Below the pieces are notes generated by a model. That model was not told where the DNA came from and searched no databases. It saw only the letters and a program-made list of their open reading frames with translations. The position numbers were made by a program, and so were the translations under genes. DNA of 63,243 nt, filler included, from Chiloscyllium plagiosum (taxonomy: Eukaryota), in NCBI RefSeq assembly GCF_004010195.1. It is 5 parts of one record of this genome, joined end to end, with 100 filler letters (N's around TTAATTAATTAA, not from the genome) between each part and the next. Parts side by side here need not be neighbours in the genome. Positions count along the whole stretch, not along the records: positions 59,815 to 63,243 come from NC_057710.1; 4 more parts are not named here. One strand, given 5' to 3'. Positions 62,700-63,243 of the stretch are shown here, piece by piece; within the stretch, counting starts at the first letter, position 1; every line of letters starts with the position of its first letter.

Positions 62700-63243
62700 C
62701 TCACCATCAAGCCAGCGGACAAAGGGGGCGCAGTGGTAGTCTGGCGCACTGACCTCTACATCGCTGAAGCCAAACGCCAACTCGAGGACACCTCTTCCTA
62801 CCGCCCCCTTGACCATGACCCCACCCCCCATCACCAAACCATCATCTCCCAGACCATACAGAACCTCATCACCCCAGGAGATCTCCCACCCACAGCTTCC
62901 AACCTCATAGTCCAGGAACCCCGCACTGCCCGGTTCTACCCCCTTCCCAAGATCCACAAGCCTGACCACCCTGGCCGACCCATTGTCTCAGCATGCCCCT
63001 GCCCCACTGAACTCATCTCTACCGACCTCGACACTGTCCTATCCCCCCTAGTCCAGGAACCCCCCACATACGTTCGAGACACCACCCACGCCCTCCACCT
63101 CCTCCAAGACTCCCGTTTCCCCGGCCCCCAACGCCTCATCTTCACCATGGATATCCAATCCCTCTACACCTCCATCCGCCATGACCAGGGCCTCCAAGCC
63201 CTCCATTTTTCCTCTCCAGATGTCCCCAACAGTACCCTTCCAC
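62700..63243 (+). mobile_element. Penelope-like reverse transcriptase (5'-truncated, runs off window)
   Basis: Open frame LTIKPADKGGAVVVW...FYPLPKIHKPDHPGRPIVS...YVRDT...TMDIQSLYTSI, with a frameshift near 63210. The ORF track misses it because it has no start codon. Confidence 0.95.

Noticed and set aside
62568..63148. Minus-strand ORFs of 133 and 70 aa
   Set aside because: They are antisense shadows of the plus-strand PLE RT.

Overview
Repeat-dominated vertebrate genomic DNA, most likely from a shark. That assignment is an inference from the HE1/V-SINE, Deu-domain SINE, CR1 and Penelope content. No intact, recognisable host protein gene is present, and most ORFs in the track are transposon fragments or antisense shadows. 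The window holds many CR1 LINE fragments (SGNH-esterase ORF1, APE and RT), a second LINE family with its tail-sharing SINE, L2 and L1/Tx1 relics, and a solo LTR abutting a tRNA-Pro pseudogene. It also holds many Penelope-like element (PLE) ends, often palindromic, with hammerhead-like cores and 10-16 bp target-site duplications (TSDs), plus five assembly gaps. The main discovery is a repeat-free ~3 kb stretch (about 27100-30330, + strand). Read across its frameshifts and stops, it carries, in the correct order and roughly the correct spacing, degenerate versions of the Mononegavirales L-polymerase motifs: premotif A, A, B, GDNQ, E, CR IV and the PRNTase region. It therefore looks like an ancient endogenous negative-strand RNA virus fossil, later split by a CR1 insertion. 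There is also a candidate spliced minus-strand transcript (about 53990-55075) that could encode a 59-aa signal-peptide-bearing micropeptide. All family assignments are by eye from remembered consensus motifs, and repeat boundaries are approximate.
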